Source of the DNA: an uncultured delta proteobacterium
GTDB taxonomy: Bacteria; Desulfobacterota; Zymogenia; Zymogenales; Zymogenaceae
Assembly (NCBI GenBank): GCA_963792965.1
Contig: CAWBYW010000004.1
Coordinates: forward strand, 128,001-192,000
Reading direction: 5' to 3'
DNA length: 64,000 nucleotides
Below, one piece after another: positions 49,573 through 59,597 of this stretch; the first letter of the stretch is position 1, and every line of letters starts with the position of its first letter. Under the pieces are notes generated by a model. It was not told the origin of the DNA, made no database searches, and saw nothing but the letters and a program-made list of their open reading frames with translations. The position numbers and the translations under genes were made by a program.

Positions 49573-50721
49573 GTGTACTTTGAACTAACCGAAGAACAGA
49601 AGATGATCCTCGATATGACCCGGAAATTCGCCGAGGAAGAGGTCAAGCCGAAGGCCGAAGAGGTCGACCGGAATCACGCGTACCCAGCCGAAAATATCAA
49701 GAAAATGGCCGAACTCGGCCTCATGGGAATGGTCTTCCCCGACAAATACGGCGGCGCGGGCATGGACTACGTGTCGTACTCGATCGCGGTGGAGGAGATC
49801 TCCCGGCACTGCGCGTCCACGGGGGTCGTCATGAGCGCACATACATCCCTGTGCAGCGCCCCCATCTACTATTTCGGAACGGAAGAGCAGAAAAAGAAAT
49901 TCCTCACGCCACTGGCCAAGGGCGAGAAGATCGGATGCTTCGGCATGACGGAGTCGGGAGCGGGCTCGGATTCGGCGGGCACCCGGACAACGGCGAAGAA
50001 GGATGGTGACCATTATATCGTCAACGGCACAAAAAACTTCATTACCAACGGCAGAGAGGCCGACGTGGCGGTCGTATTGGTCAGAACCGGCGATGATAAG
50101 CACAAGGGACTTTCCATGATGATCATGGAGAAGGGGATGCCCGGATTCAGCGTGGGGAAGGTGGAAGATAAGCTCGGCATCCGCGGCTCGTCCACGGTGG
50201 AGCTCGTCTTCGAAGAGGTGAAGGTTCCCAAGGGAAACCTTCTCGGCCAGGAGGGTGACGGTTTCAAGATCGGCATGCACACGCTGGACGGAGGGCGCAT
50301 CGGGATCGCGTCGCAGGCGCTCGGGATTGCCCGGGGGTGCATCGAGGAGAGCATCAATTTCGGCCAGACCCGGGAGCAGTTCGGACAGCCGGTCCTCAAT
50401 TTCCAGGCGCTCCAGTGGATGATCGCCGACATGGCCACCCGTCTTGACGCGGCACGGCTCCTTACCTGGCGCGCCGCCAAGCTCAAGAGCATGGGGAACG
50501 TCCGCTTCTCCAAGGAGGCGGCGATGGCCAAGCTGTTCGCGTCGGAGACCGCGATGTGGGCGGCCACAAAGGCCATCCAGATCCACGGTGGGTACGGCTA
50601 TACCACGGACTACCCCGTCGAGCGTTATTTCAGGGACGCCAAGATCACCGAGATCTATGAGGGGACGTCCGAGATCCAGCGGCTGGTTATTTCGTCAAGC
50701 CTGATAAGGGATAAAAAATAG
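49573..50721 (+). CDS. short-chain (butyryl-CoA-like) acyl-CoA dehydrogenase
   Basis: TESGAGSD, NGTKNFITN, KLGIRGS, LDGGRIGIA, QIHGGYGY, IYEGTSEIQR. Confidence 0.95.
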   Translation: MYFELTEEQKMILDMTRKFAEEEVKPKAEEVDRNHAYPAENIKKMAELGLMGMVFPDKYGGAGMDYVSYSIAVEEISRHCASTGVVMSAHTSLCSAPIYYFGTEEQKKKFLTPLAKGEKIGCFGMTESGAGSDSAGTRTTAKKDGDHYIVNGTKNFITNGREADVAVVLVRTGDDKHKGLSMMIMEKGMPGFSVGKVEDKLGIRGSSTVELVFEEVKVPKGNLLGQEGDGFKIGMHTLDGGRIGIASQALGIARGCIEESINFGQTREQFGQPVLNFQALQWMIADMATRLDAARLLTWRAAKLKSMGNVRFSKEAAMAKLFASETAMWAATKAIQIHGGYGYTTDYPVERYFRDAKITEIYEGTSEIQRLVISSSLIRDKK

Positions 50722-50744
50722 ATTACCATTAAGGAGGATAGAAA

Positions 50745-51506
50745 GTGAACTCAGCTGTCATTTTGAAGCAGGTTCCTGATACCGAGGCCTTGATCAAGAT
50801 CAAGCCGGACGCCACCGGCATCGTCAAAGAGGGGGTCAAATTCGTGATCAACCCGTACGACGAGTTCGGCGTCGAAGAGGCGCTGAAGAAGAAAGAGGCC
50901 GCGGGGTCGGGAGAGGTGACCATCATCAGCATTGGTCCCGATCGGTCGGTTGAAGCCATCAGGACGGCGCTGGCCATGGGCGCCGACAAGGGCGTGCTCC
51001 TCAAGATCGGAGAGGACGACTCTTCCGACGCGCTCGCGACGGCGAAGGCGTTGAGTGCGGAAATCAAGGGAAAAGACTATAACATCATCTTCTGCGGCAA
51101 GCAGGCCATCGACGACGATATGGCCCAGGTGGGCCCGATGGTGGCCGAGATGTTGGGGATCCCGTGTGTAACCGTCGTAACGAAGGTTGACGTAGCCGGC
51201 GACAAGGCCGTCTGCACGCGGGAGATCGAGGGCGGCAAGGAGATCGTGGAGGTAAAGCTCCCCGCGATCATCGCCTGCCAGAAGGGCCTCAATGAGCCGC
51301 GATATGCGTCTCTTCCGGGCATCATGAAAGCCAAGAAGAAACCGCTGGATATCAAGGACGTGAAGCTCGAGGCGCCGAAGGCAACGATCGCCAAGTGGGA
51401 GAGCCCGCCGCAAAGGAAAGCGGGACGGATCATCGCCGGAGACGACCCGGCAGCCAAGGCGGCCGCGCTCGTCAAGGCACTCCGGGAAGAGGCAAAGGTT
51501 ATCTAA
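50745..51506 (+). CDS. etfB: electron transfer flavoprotein beta subunit
   Basis: KQVPD, NPYDEFGVEEAL, ALAMGAD, GKQAIDDD, NEPRYASL. Confidence 0.96.
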   Translation: MNSAVILKQVPDTEALIKIKPDATGIVKEGVKFVINPYDEFGVEEALKKKEAAGSGEVTIISIGPDRSVEAIRTALAMGADKGVLLKIGEDDSSDALATAKALSAEIKGKDYNIIFCGKQAIDDDMAQVGPMVAEMLGIPCVTVVTKVDVAGDKAVCTREIEGGKEIVEVKLPAIIACQKGLNEPRYASLPGIMKAKKKPLDIKDVKLEAPKATIAKWESPPQRKAGRIIAGDDPAAKAAALVKALREEAKVI

Positions 51507-51537
51507 TCCCCCAGGTTATCTGATAAGGAGAATAGAA

Positions 51538-52512
51538 ATGGCAAAGGAAGTTCTGGTATTTGCCGAGCAGCGAGGGGGCGCCTTAAAGAAGGTCTCCTTC
51601 GAGATGGTAAGCACGGGCCGCAAGCTCGCCGACAAGGTCGGTGGGGAATGCGCGGCGGTGCTGGTTGGCGACGGAGTATCCGGTCTTGCCGCCGAACTCG
51701 GTAAGTACGGTGCAGATAAAATCTACGTCGTCGAAGACGCGAAACTGAAAGACTATGTTCCCGACCTCTACTCCCAGGCCGTCGCTGCCGTGGCCAAGGA
51801 CGCTAAGATATTTATCGGCGGCGCGTCCGCCATGGGGAAGGACCTCTTCCCGCGGATCGCGGCACGCCTCGGGACCGCCATGGCCTCCGACTGCGTCAAG
51901 CTTGAGGCCGAAGGCGGCAACCTGATGGCATTCCGCCCGGTCTTCGCCGGCAAGGCGTACCTCACCATCAAGATCAGCTCCGCGCCCCAGATGGCGACCG
52001 GGAGGCCCAAGGTCTTCCCCGCGATCGAGAACAAGAAGGCGGGGGCGGTGGAAAAGGTCTCCGTTTCGCTGGATGCGCCCAAGGCGGTGCTCACGAAAAT
52101 GGAGCAGGACAGCAGCGGCCGTGTCGATCTGACTGAGGCCGATATCATCGTCTCCGGCGGCCGTGGCATGAAGGGCCCCGAGAACTACAACATCATCGAG
52201 GCGCTGGCAGACGCCCTCGGATCCAGCGCCACCGTCGGCGCGTCGCGCGCGGCGGTCGACGCCGGATGGCGCCCCCACAGCGATCAGGTGGGACAGACCG
52301 GTAAGACCGTGTCGCCTTCCCTCTATATCGCCTGCGGCATCTCCGGTGCGATCCAGCACCTGGCCGGCATGGGCTCGTCGAAGTTCATCGTGGCTATCAA
52401 CAAAGACCCCGACGCGCCGATCTTTGCGCGTGCGGACTACGGCATCGTGGAAGACCTCTTCAAGGTGGTCCCCGAGATCACCAAAGAGGTCAAGAAACTT
52501 TTGGCTGAATAA
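51538..52512 (+). CDS. etfA: electron transfer flavoprotein alpha subunit
   Basis: [36 protein letters not shown]. Confidence 0.96.
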   Translation: MAKEVLVFAEQRGGALKKVSFEMVSTGRKLADKVGGECAAVLVGDGVSGLAAELGKYGADKIYVVEDAKLKDYVPDLYSQAVAAVAKDAKIFIGGASAMGKDLFPRIAARLGTAMASDCVKLEAEGGNLMAFRPVFAGKAYLTIKISSAPQMATGRPKVFPAIENKKAGAVEKVSVSLDAPKAVLTKMEQDSSGRVDLTEADIIVSGGRGMKGPENYNIIEALADALGSSATVGASRAAVDAGWRPHSDQVGQTGKTVSPSLYIACGISGAIQHLAGMGSSKFIVAINKDPDAPIFARADYGIVEDLFKVVPEITKEVKKLLAE

Positions 52513-52519
52513 CCTTAAG

Positions 52520-52545
52520 AAAGGGGGGGCAACCCCCCTTTTTTT
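52520..52545 (+). terminator. intrinsic terminator between etfA and the oxidoreductase gene
   Basis: AAAGGGGGG-GCAA-CCCCCCTTTTTTT. Confidence 0.7.
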
Positions 52546-52559
52546 GAGGAGAGAAGGAA

Positions 52560-54795
52560 ATGGAATATCAGATTTCACGCGAAGTCTTCTTCAACCTCGG
52601 TGGCCCCCACGGCGTGGTGCGTCTGATCCTCTACGCGATTGCCCTGATCATCATGGCCGTTTTCGTCTACCAGTTCGTGCAGAAAGGTCAAGGTCTGGAG
52701 ATTGGGGCAGCCCGAAAAGAGGACCGATCAGATCGGCACTCGTCTCTGGGGCATCGTGGAATACGTCTTCCTGCAGCTGAAGATATTGAAGGAGAAGCTC
52801 CCCGGCGTCACCCACTTCTTCCTTTTCTGGGGGTTCGCGGTCCTCTTTGTCGGAACGGCCCTCATCGTCATCCAGGAAGACTTCACACTGCTTCTGTTTA
52901 ACGTACGCTTCTGGTACGGGATGTTCTATAAGTGGTATTCGCTGGCCACAGACCTCTTCGGGATCTTCGCGATTATCGCCGTCATCACCTTTGTCGTGAT
53001 CAGATACGTGGTCAGGCCAAAGCGGCTGGACAACAAGGCGACCGACGCGATCTCGCTTGCCCTCATCTTCCTGATTCTCATCACAGGATTCATCAACGAG
53101 GGCCTCAGGATCGCCTCCACCGAGGTCTCCACCAACCCCAAGGTGATCGCGATGAGCGGCGTCCTCAAGGGATCCGGAGAGGCGTTCCTCAAGGAAGTCC
53201 CGGAGCTGACCGACGCGGACCTGGTTACGAAGGCAAATGCGAATCCGGCCTTCAAAGATACCCCCATCACCGCGGAAAACGTCTACCTCGTCCGCAACGG
53301 CTATTACTACAATCCGAAGCTGGCGGTGTGGTCTCCGGGGGGCCTTGTCGCCGCTAACCTCTTCAACGCGACGATGACCGAGGAAGGGATCCTGGCGTAT
53401 CACAAGGTCAACTGGTGGATCCACCTGGCGCTTGCCATGGGCTTCATCGCCTATATCTTTATGGGCAAGCTGATGCACATCTTCACCTCGAGCCTCAACG
53501 TCTTCTTCCGGAAGCTTGAGCCGCGGGGGGCCCTTGCTCCGATCAAAGACATGGAAAACGCAGAGTGCTACGGGGTGGCATATCCGGAACAGTACACCTG
53601 GAAGCTCCTCATGGATGGCGATGCCTGCACCCGCTGCGGCCGGTGTCAGGATGTCTGCCCGGCCTGGCTGTCGGATAAGCCGCTGTCTCCAAAGAAGATC
53701 GTCAACGATACCAATGACAACCTCTATGAGCGCGCCCCACAGCTCTTCAAGAAGCTGCCGGCCGAAGAGGTCAAGTCAAAGGCCCTCATCGGCGAGGCCA
53801 ACGAGCTGGACTCCATCTGGTCGTGCACGACCTGTATGGCCTGCGTCGAGGCGTGCCCCGTCATGATCGACCAGGTGCAGAAGATCAACGAAATGCGCCG
53901 CTGCAAGGTCCTCATGGAAGGCGACATGACCAAGGAGCTGACGACTGCCCTGCAGAACATGGAGAAAAACTCAAACCCCTACGGCTTCGGCTTCCATGAG
54001 CGGGGAAACTGGGCCAAGGACCTCTCCCTCAAGACGCTGGCCGAGGACCCGGACGTCGAGTACCTCTACTACGTCGGGTGCGCGGGATCGTTCGACGACC
54101 GCTACAAAAGGGTCGCCACGGCCTTCGTAAAGATAATGGAAAAGGCCGGAGTCAAGATCGGCATCTTGGGTCAGGAAGAGGGATGCTGCGGCGACAGTGC
54201 CCGAAGGGCCGGAAACGAATATCTCTTCATGACGCTGGCGCAGACCAACATCGCGACCTTTGCGAACTACAACGTCAAGAAGATTGTGACGACGTGCCCC
54301 CACGGCTACAACTGCCTCAAGAACGAATACCCGCAGTTTGAGGGCGGCACGTTCGAGGTCTACCACTTCACCGAGCTTGTCGTTGATCTGATCAACCAGG
54401 GACGGATCAAGCTTAAAAAGTCGGTCGACGGCATCAAGGAAGTCGCCTACCACGACTCCTGCTTCCTGGGCCGATACAATCAACTGTATGACCAGCCGAG
54501 GAAGATCCTTTCGTCGATTCCCGGCATGGACGTGAAAGAGTTCACGAGGAACAAGACCAAGAGCTACTGCTGCGGCGCCGGCGGCGCCCGGATGTGGATG
54601 GAAGAGACGATCGGCAAGCGTATCAACCATGTCAGGACGCTGGACGCGGTCGACAAGAACTACAAGACCATCAGCACGGCTTGCCCGTTCTGCCTGACGA
54701 TGCTGTCGGACGGCATCAAGGAACTGGGCAAGGGGGAAGAGATGCAGGCCTTCGATATCCTCGAGCTCGTCATGAAGTCGATGGATATCGCCTAA
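52560..54795 (+). CDS. FadF/EMO-type membrane Fe-S oxidoreductase (ETF:quinone oxidoreductase) with a +1 frameshift near 52685
   Basis: N-terminal TM domain with His residues, CTRCGRCQDVCP and CTTCMACVEACP, two CCG domains; follows etfBA. Confidence 0.88.
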
Positions 54796-54823
54796 CAAAA
54801 GAGTTACGACTACTCTGCCTTGC

Positions 54824-54852
54824 GGCCCCCGGGAAACCGGGGGCCTTTTTTT
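54824..54852 (+). terminator. intrinsic terminator ending the beta-oxidation operon
   Basis: GGCCCCCGG-GAAA-CCGGGGGCC-TTTTTTT. Confidence 0.88.
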
Positions 54853-54907
54853 CACTCCAAGGGACCCCGGACAACATCCCGGAAATTACTCCCCGATAAA
54901 ATTCCAA

Positions 54908-54955
54908 TGGACATATTTCCGTATTAACGGTATAATGAAATATTACGTAATATTT
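54908..54955 (+). promoter_or_regulatory. glp promoter with a perfect 18-bp palindromic operator candidate
   Basis: TGGACA-17-TATAAT, then AAATATTACGTAATATTT (54938-54955). Confidence 0.7.
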
Positions 54956-55003
54956 AGCTTTTCGCCTCTATTCGGCACCGCTCTCTCTATCCGGAGGACT
55001 CAT

Positions 55004-56515
55004 ATGAAAAACGGGTACATCATGGCGATCGATCAGGGGACCACGGGAAGCCGGGTCTTCATCTTCAACGAAAAGGGCGACGTGGTGGGGAGCGCCTACA
55101 AGGAATTCACCCAGATCTACCCGAAGCCGGGATGGGTGGAGCACGATCCGCTCGAAATATGGAAGAGCGTTCAGGAGACGATGGCCGACGCCTGCGCAAG
55201 CGCGGGCATTGAGACAGGGTCGATCCATGCCGTTGGGATCACCAACCAGCGGGAGACGACGGTTCTCTGGGACAAGAAGTCGGGCGAGCCGATCCACAAC
55301 GCGATCGTCTGGCAGTGCCGCCGGACGACGGAGATCTGCGAAGACCTGAAGCGACAGGGCCATGAAGAGCTCTTCAAGAAAAAAACCGGGCTGGTGTTGG
55401 ACGCCTATTTCTCCGGCACAAAGGTTAAGTGGATCCTCGACAATGTGAAGGGGTCACGGGAGCGCGCCAGGAGGGGCGAGATCATGTTCGGTACGATCGA
55501 TACGTGGCTCATGTATAAGCTTTCGGGAGGCACTATTCACGCCACCGACTATACGAATGCATCCCGCACGCTCATGTTCGATATCGAAAAGAAGCAGTGG
55601 GACGCGGAGCTACTCGAAATACTCGACGTACCCAAACAAATCCTCCCCGAAGTGAAGGACTCGTCGGGACAATTCGGCTATACCACCGCGAGCCTCCCGA
55701 TGGGACGTGAGGTCCCGATCGCCGGCGTGGCCGGGGATCAGCAGGCGGCGCTCTTCGGCCAGGGGTGCACGGTGCCGGGGACGGCCAAGAACACGTACGG
55801 GACCGGGTGTTTCCTCTTGTCGATCACGAAAGGACTCGTCCGCTCCCACAAGGGACTGTTGACCACTCTGGCCTGCTCCGATACCGGCAAGCCGGTCTAT
55901 GCGCTGGAAGGCTCGGTCTTTATTGCGGGGGCCGCGGTGCAGTGGCTACGAGACGAGCTCGGGATTATCAAGACCGCCGCCGAGACGGAATCGATTGCCC
56001 GTCAGGTCGACGATACCGACGGGGTGTACCTCGTCCCCGCCTTCGTGGGGCTGGGCGCGCCCTACTGGGACATGCACGCGCGGGGAGGGATCCTCGGTAT
56101 TACGCGCGGGGCAAATCGCTCCCACATCGTCCGGGCGGCACTGGAGGCGATCGCATATCAGACCAAAGACCTGGTTGAGGTGATCAATGCCGAGAGCGGA
56201 AAGGCGCTGTCTGCCCTTATGGTGGACGGCGGGGCGGCGAAAAACGATTTTCTGATGCAGTTTCAGTCCGATATGCTCGGCATCTCCGTGGACAGGCCGA
56301 AAATGACCGAGACGACGGCGGCGGGCGCGGCCTATCTGGCCGGGCTCGGGTCAAAATTCTGGGGGTCGGCCGAAGAGCTCAAGGAGTGCCGAAAAGTCGA
56401 CAAAATATTCGAGCCGAAGATGAACAAGAAGGACCGGGATCGACTGTACGACGGCTGGAAAGAGGCCGTGCGAAGGGTGAGCACGAAGCAATCCGTCACC
56501 GCAAAGAGCAGCTAA
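55004..56515 (+). CDS. glpK: glycerol kinase
   Basis: AIDQGTTGSR, GITNQRET, DAYFSGTK, GDQQAALFGQ, KNTYGTG, GLGAPYWD; GGAGG RBS before ATG 55004. Confidence 0.97.
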   Translation: MKNGYIMAIDQGTTGSRVFIFNEKGDVVGSAYKEFTQIYPKPGWVEHDPLEIWKSVQETMADACASAGIETGSIHAVGITNQRETTVLWDKKSGEPIHNAIVWQCRRTTEICEDLKRQGHEELFKKKTGLVLDAYFSGTKVKWILDNVKGSRERARRGEIMFGTIDTWLMYKLSGGTIHATDYTNASRTLMFDIEKKQWDAELLEILDVPKQILPEVKDSSGQFGYTTASLPMGREVPIAGVAGDQQAALFGQGCTVPGTAKNTYGTGCFLLSITKGLVRSHKGLLTTLACSDTGKPVYALEGSVFIAGAAVQWLRDELGIIKTAAETESIARQVDDTDGVYLVPAFVGLGAPYWDMHARGGILGITRGANRSHIVRAALEAIAYQTKDLVEVINAESGKALSALMVDGGAAKNDFLMQFQSDMLGISVDRPKMTETTAAGAAYLAGLGSKFWGSAEELKECRKVDKIFEPKMNKKDRDRLYDGWKEAVRRVSTKQSVTAKSS

Positions 56516-56730
56516 AACAAAGCAGTGCACCCGATCGCTGTGCCACAGCGTCGTTTCCCTCCGCGTCCCGCAGCCTGGGGAAGGCACGTGCAATTGTCCG
56601 CTTCACGCGGCTCATCATCGCATTTTTCTTTCTTTGAGCTCCGTCGGCGAGAACCTGACGGACCTCGCGGGATAGGCGGGAAATGTTTCTCGGACACTGA
56701 ATTTCGCAGTCAGGGAGTTAAAATAGGATA

Positions 56731-58317
56731 ATGGATTTTCATACCGAAGTCCTCGTCATCGGCGGCGGAGTCACCGGCGCGGGCGTCGCCCGGGATCTGG
56801 TCATGCGGGGTATCGAGACGATCGTCATAGAGAAGGGTGACCTCGCTTCCGGGGCGACGGGCCGCTGTCACGGACTGCTGCATTCCGGGGGCCGATATGC
56901 CGTCAAGGATTCCGAGTCGGCCGTCGAGTGTATCGAGGAAAACAGGATCCTCAAGAAGATCGCCGCCAAGAGCATAGAGGACACGGGAGGCCTCTTCGTC
57001 GCGCTGGCCGACGACGACGAAGCGTATGTCGACCGATTTGTGTCGGCCTGTTTCAAGCTCGGCATCGAGACCACGAACCTCACCCTCTCACAGGCAAAGC
57101 GGATGGAGCCTAACCTGTCGGAGGACGCGACCACCATCATTCGCGTCCCCGACGCGGCGGTGGATCCCTTCATGCTCACGGTGATGAACGTGAGGGACGC
57201 CCAAACCAGGGGGGCGCGAGTCTTCAGGCATACGGAGCTGACCGGCCTTATCGTCGAGAAGGGAAAGGTCACGGGAGCGCTTGCTTACGATAACCTGAGC
57301 CATGAGACGCATCGAATTCGGGCCCGGTACGTCATTAACGCAACCGGGGCGTGGGCACAAAAAGTGGCAAAGCTCTGCGGGGCCCGCATTAACATGACAC
57401 TTTCCAAGGGCAGCCTGATTGTCTTCAACAGGCGGATCAACAACTGTGTCATCAATCGGCTGCGCCCGCCGGGCGACGGGGACATACTGGTCCCCAACGA
57501 GCCGACTTCGATCCTCGGAACCACCTCGATCACGGTCAAAGACCCCGAGGACTTCCGGGTGACCGACAGAGAAGTCGAGCTGATGATGCGCCAGGCGGCG
57601 CTCATGCTACCGGAATCGGTCGAGGCGCGGGTGATACGGGCGTATGCCGGCATCCGGCCGCTCGCGGCGCCCGGCACGGGCGCGGGACGGGACGTCTCGC
57701 GGACGTTTACGATCATCGATCACAAGAAGAAAGACGATATCGACGGTTTCTTGTCCATCATCGGGGGGAAGCTCACCACCTACCGCCTTATGGCGGAAAA
57801 GATCGTTGACATTATTGCCGAGGACCTCGGCGTCCACATCCCCTGCAGGACCGCGGAGGTACGGCTTGTCGGCGCGGAGTCGGGGGACCACTATGCGCTG
57901 GAGGACCGCTTCAAGGAGATCGAGACGGGGCAGGGCGATGAACACCGGGGCGTCAGGGAGATCATCTGCGAGTGTGAGCTGGTCACTAAGGACGAGATCC
58001 TGTCGACCATTGCCGAGACGGGGACCAACGACCTCAACGACATCCGGGTCCGTACGCGGGTGGGGATGGGCTCTTGTCAGGGAGGATTCTGTACGTATCG
58101 CCTGCTGGGGATCCTGCACGAGTTGGGACGGGTCCCCGATTACGAGGCCAACGAGATACTCACGAGCTTCCTTGAGGGGCGCTGGAAGGGTATCAGGCCG
58201 ATCCTCTGGGGAGATCAGCTCAGGGAAGAGCAGCTGATCGAGGGAATCTATATGGGGATTTTCGCGCTCGACAAGGTCCGCTCCCAGATGGCGCGGAAGA
58301 AGGAAAAGACGAGATGA
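56731..58317 (+). CDS. glpA: anaerobic glycerol-3-phosphate dehydrogenase subunit A
   Basis: GATGRCHGLLHSGGRY, GGKLTTYRLMAE, ICECE, RVGMGSCQG.FC. Confidence 0.95.
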   Translation: MDFHTEVLVIGGGVTGAGVARDLVMRGIETIVIEKGDLASGATGRCHGLLHSGGRYAVKDSESAVECIEENRILKKIAAKSIEDTGGLFVALADDDEAYVDRFVSACFKLGIETTNLTLSQAKRMEPNLSEDATTIIRVPDAAVDPFMLTVMNVRDAQTRGARVFRHTELTGLIVEKGKVTGALAYDNLSHETHRIRARYVINATGAWAQKVAKLCGARINMTLSKGSLIVFNRRINNCVINRLRPPGDGDILVPNEPTSILGTTSITVKDPEDFRVTDREVELMMRQAALMLPESVEARVIRAYAGIRPLAAPGTGAGRDVSRTFTIIDHKKKDDIDGFLSIIGGKLTTYRLMAEKIVDIIAEDLGVHIPCRTAEVRLVGAESGDHYALEDRFKEIETGQGDEHRGVREIICECELVTKDEILSTIAETGTNDLNDIRVRTRVGMGSCQGGFCTYRLLGILHELGRVPDYEANEILTSFLEGRWKGIRPILWGDQLREEQLIEGIYMGIFALDKVRSQMARKKEKTR

Positions 58318-59597
58318 ACTACGACGTGGTGGTAATCGGATCGGGATTATCCGGTCTTATGGCCGCCGCCAGCGCGGCAAAAGAGAAAAAGCGGGTTCTC
58401 GTCGTCGGGCGCGGGATGGGCATTATCACGATATTTACCGGCACCATCGATGTGCTCGGTTACTGGCCGATACAGGACGATACGCCGCTTTCATCCCCGA
58501 TCGATGGCATCTCCCGGCTCATCAAGAAAGACCCCGACCATCCCTACGCGAAGGTGGGGATTGACGGGGTGAAGCAGGGGATCTACTTTTTCACAGAAAC
58601 GGTGAAGAAGGGCGGGGTCGACTACGTGGGCAATCCGGCCGAGAACGTCCTGATACCCACGGCCGTGGGGACGGTAAAACCGAGCTGCATCGTCTCGTCG
58701 AGCATGGTCGGCGGGGACCTGAGGGTGAAGAAGGATGTGTTGATCTGTGGGTTCAAGGGGCTAAAGGACTTCTATCCCACGTACATGGCACACAACATCT
58801 CGACGTTGAATATACCAGGGCAACAAATACCCCGGTTCCGATCCCGCGTTTTGTCGGTCGACGTGGGCACTACCGGGTCGGGACTCAACTGCCTGACGCT
58901 GGCAAAACGGCTTGAAGAGCCGCGGCTCCTCAGGATGGTAACGGAGGAGGTCTACTCCCATCTGCGCAAGGGGGACCGCGTCGCCTTCCCGGCGGTCCTC
59001 GGCATCAGAAACAGCCGCGAGATCCACAGGGAGCTTGAGCGGTCACTCGGCGTCCCGGTCTTCGAGACGCCGACGCTGCCCCCGTCGGTCCCCGGCTACC
59101 GTCTCTTCAAGGCGCTGGAGGGGGCGCTCAGGGAGCTCGGGGTGCACATGCTCATCGGTTACGATGTCTACGGGCCGAAAACCTTCGGTAGGAGGATCGG
59201 CGAAGTTAACATCGCGATGGGAAAGCGCGAGCAGCGGGTTTCGGCCGATGCCTTTGTCCTGGCGACGGGGGGCCTCGTGGGCAAGGGGATCACCTCGTCG
59301 TACGCGGGGTTTTCCGAGCCGATCTTCGAGCTACCGGTCTCGGCCCCCAAAAAGCGGGGGGATTGGTTCAGACAGAGCCTGTTCGATACGGCCGGCCATC
59401 CCATCAACCGCGCGGGGATTAAAGTCGACGACAGCCTGCGCCCAATAGATAAGAAGGGTGATCCGATATTTGACAATCTGTTCGTGTGCGGGACACAGCT
59501 GTTCGGCTTTGATGCGCTCAGGGAAAAGTCGGGCGGCGGGGTTGCCGTCTCGTCGGGATACAAGGCCGGCATCGAGGCCTCAAGGATTAAGACATGA
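58314..59597 (+). CDS. glpB: anaerobic glycerol-3-phosphate dehydrogenase subunit B
   Basis: HPY, PT..G..KP, FPAVLG, ETPTLPPSVPGYRL, EKSGGGVA. Confidence 0.93.
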   Translation: MNYDVVVIGSGLSGLMAAASAAKEKKRVLVVGRGMGIITIFTGTIDVLGYWPIQDDTPLSSPIDGISRLIKKDPDHPYAKVGIDGVKQGIYFFTETVKKGGVDYVGNPAENVLIPTAVGTVKPSCIVSSSMVGGDLRVKKDVLICGFKGLKDFYPTYMAHNISTLNIPGQQIPRFRSRVLSVDVGTTGSGLNCLTLAKRLEEPRLLRMVTEEVYSHLRKGDRVAFPAVLGIRNSREIHRELERSLGVPVFETPTLPPSVPGYRLFKALEGALRELGVHMLIGYDVYGPKTFGRRIGEVNIAMGKREQRVSADAFVLATGGLVGKGITSSYAGFSEPIFELPVSAPKKRGDWFRQSLFDTAGHPINRAGIKVDDSLRPIDKKGDPIFDNLFVCGTQLFGFDALREKSGGGVAVSSGYKAGIEASRIKT

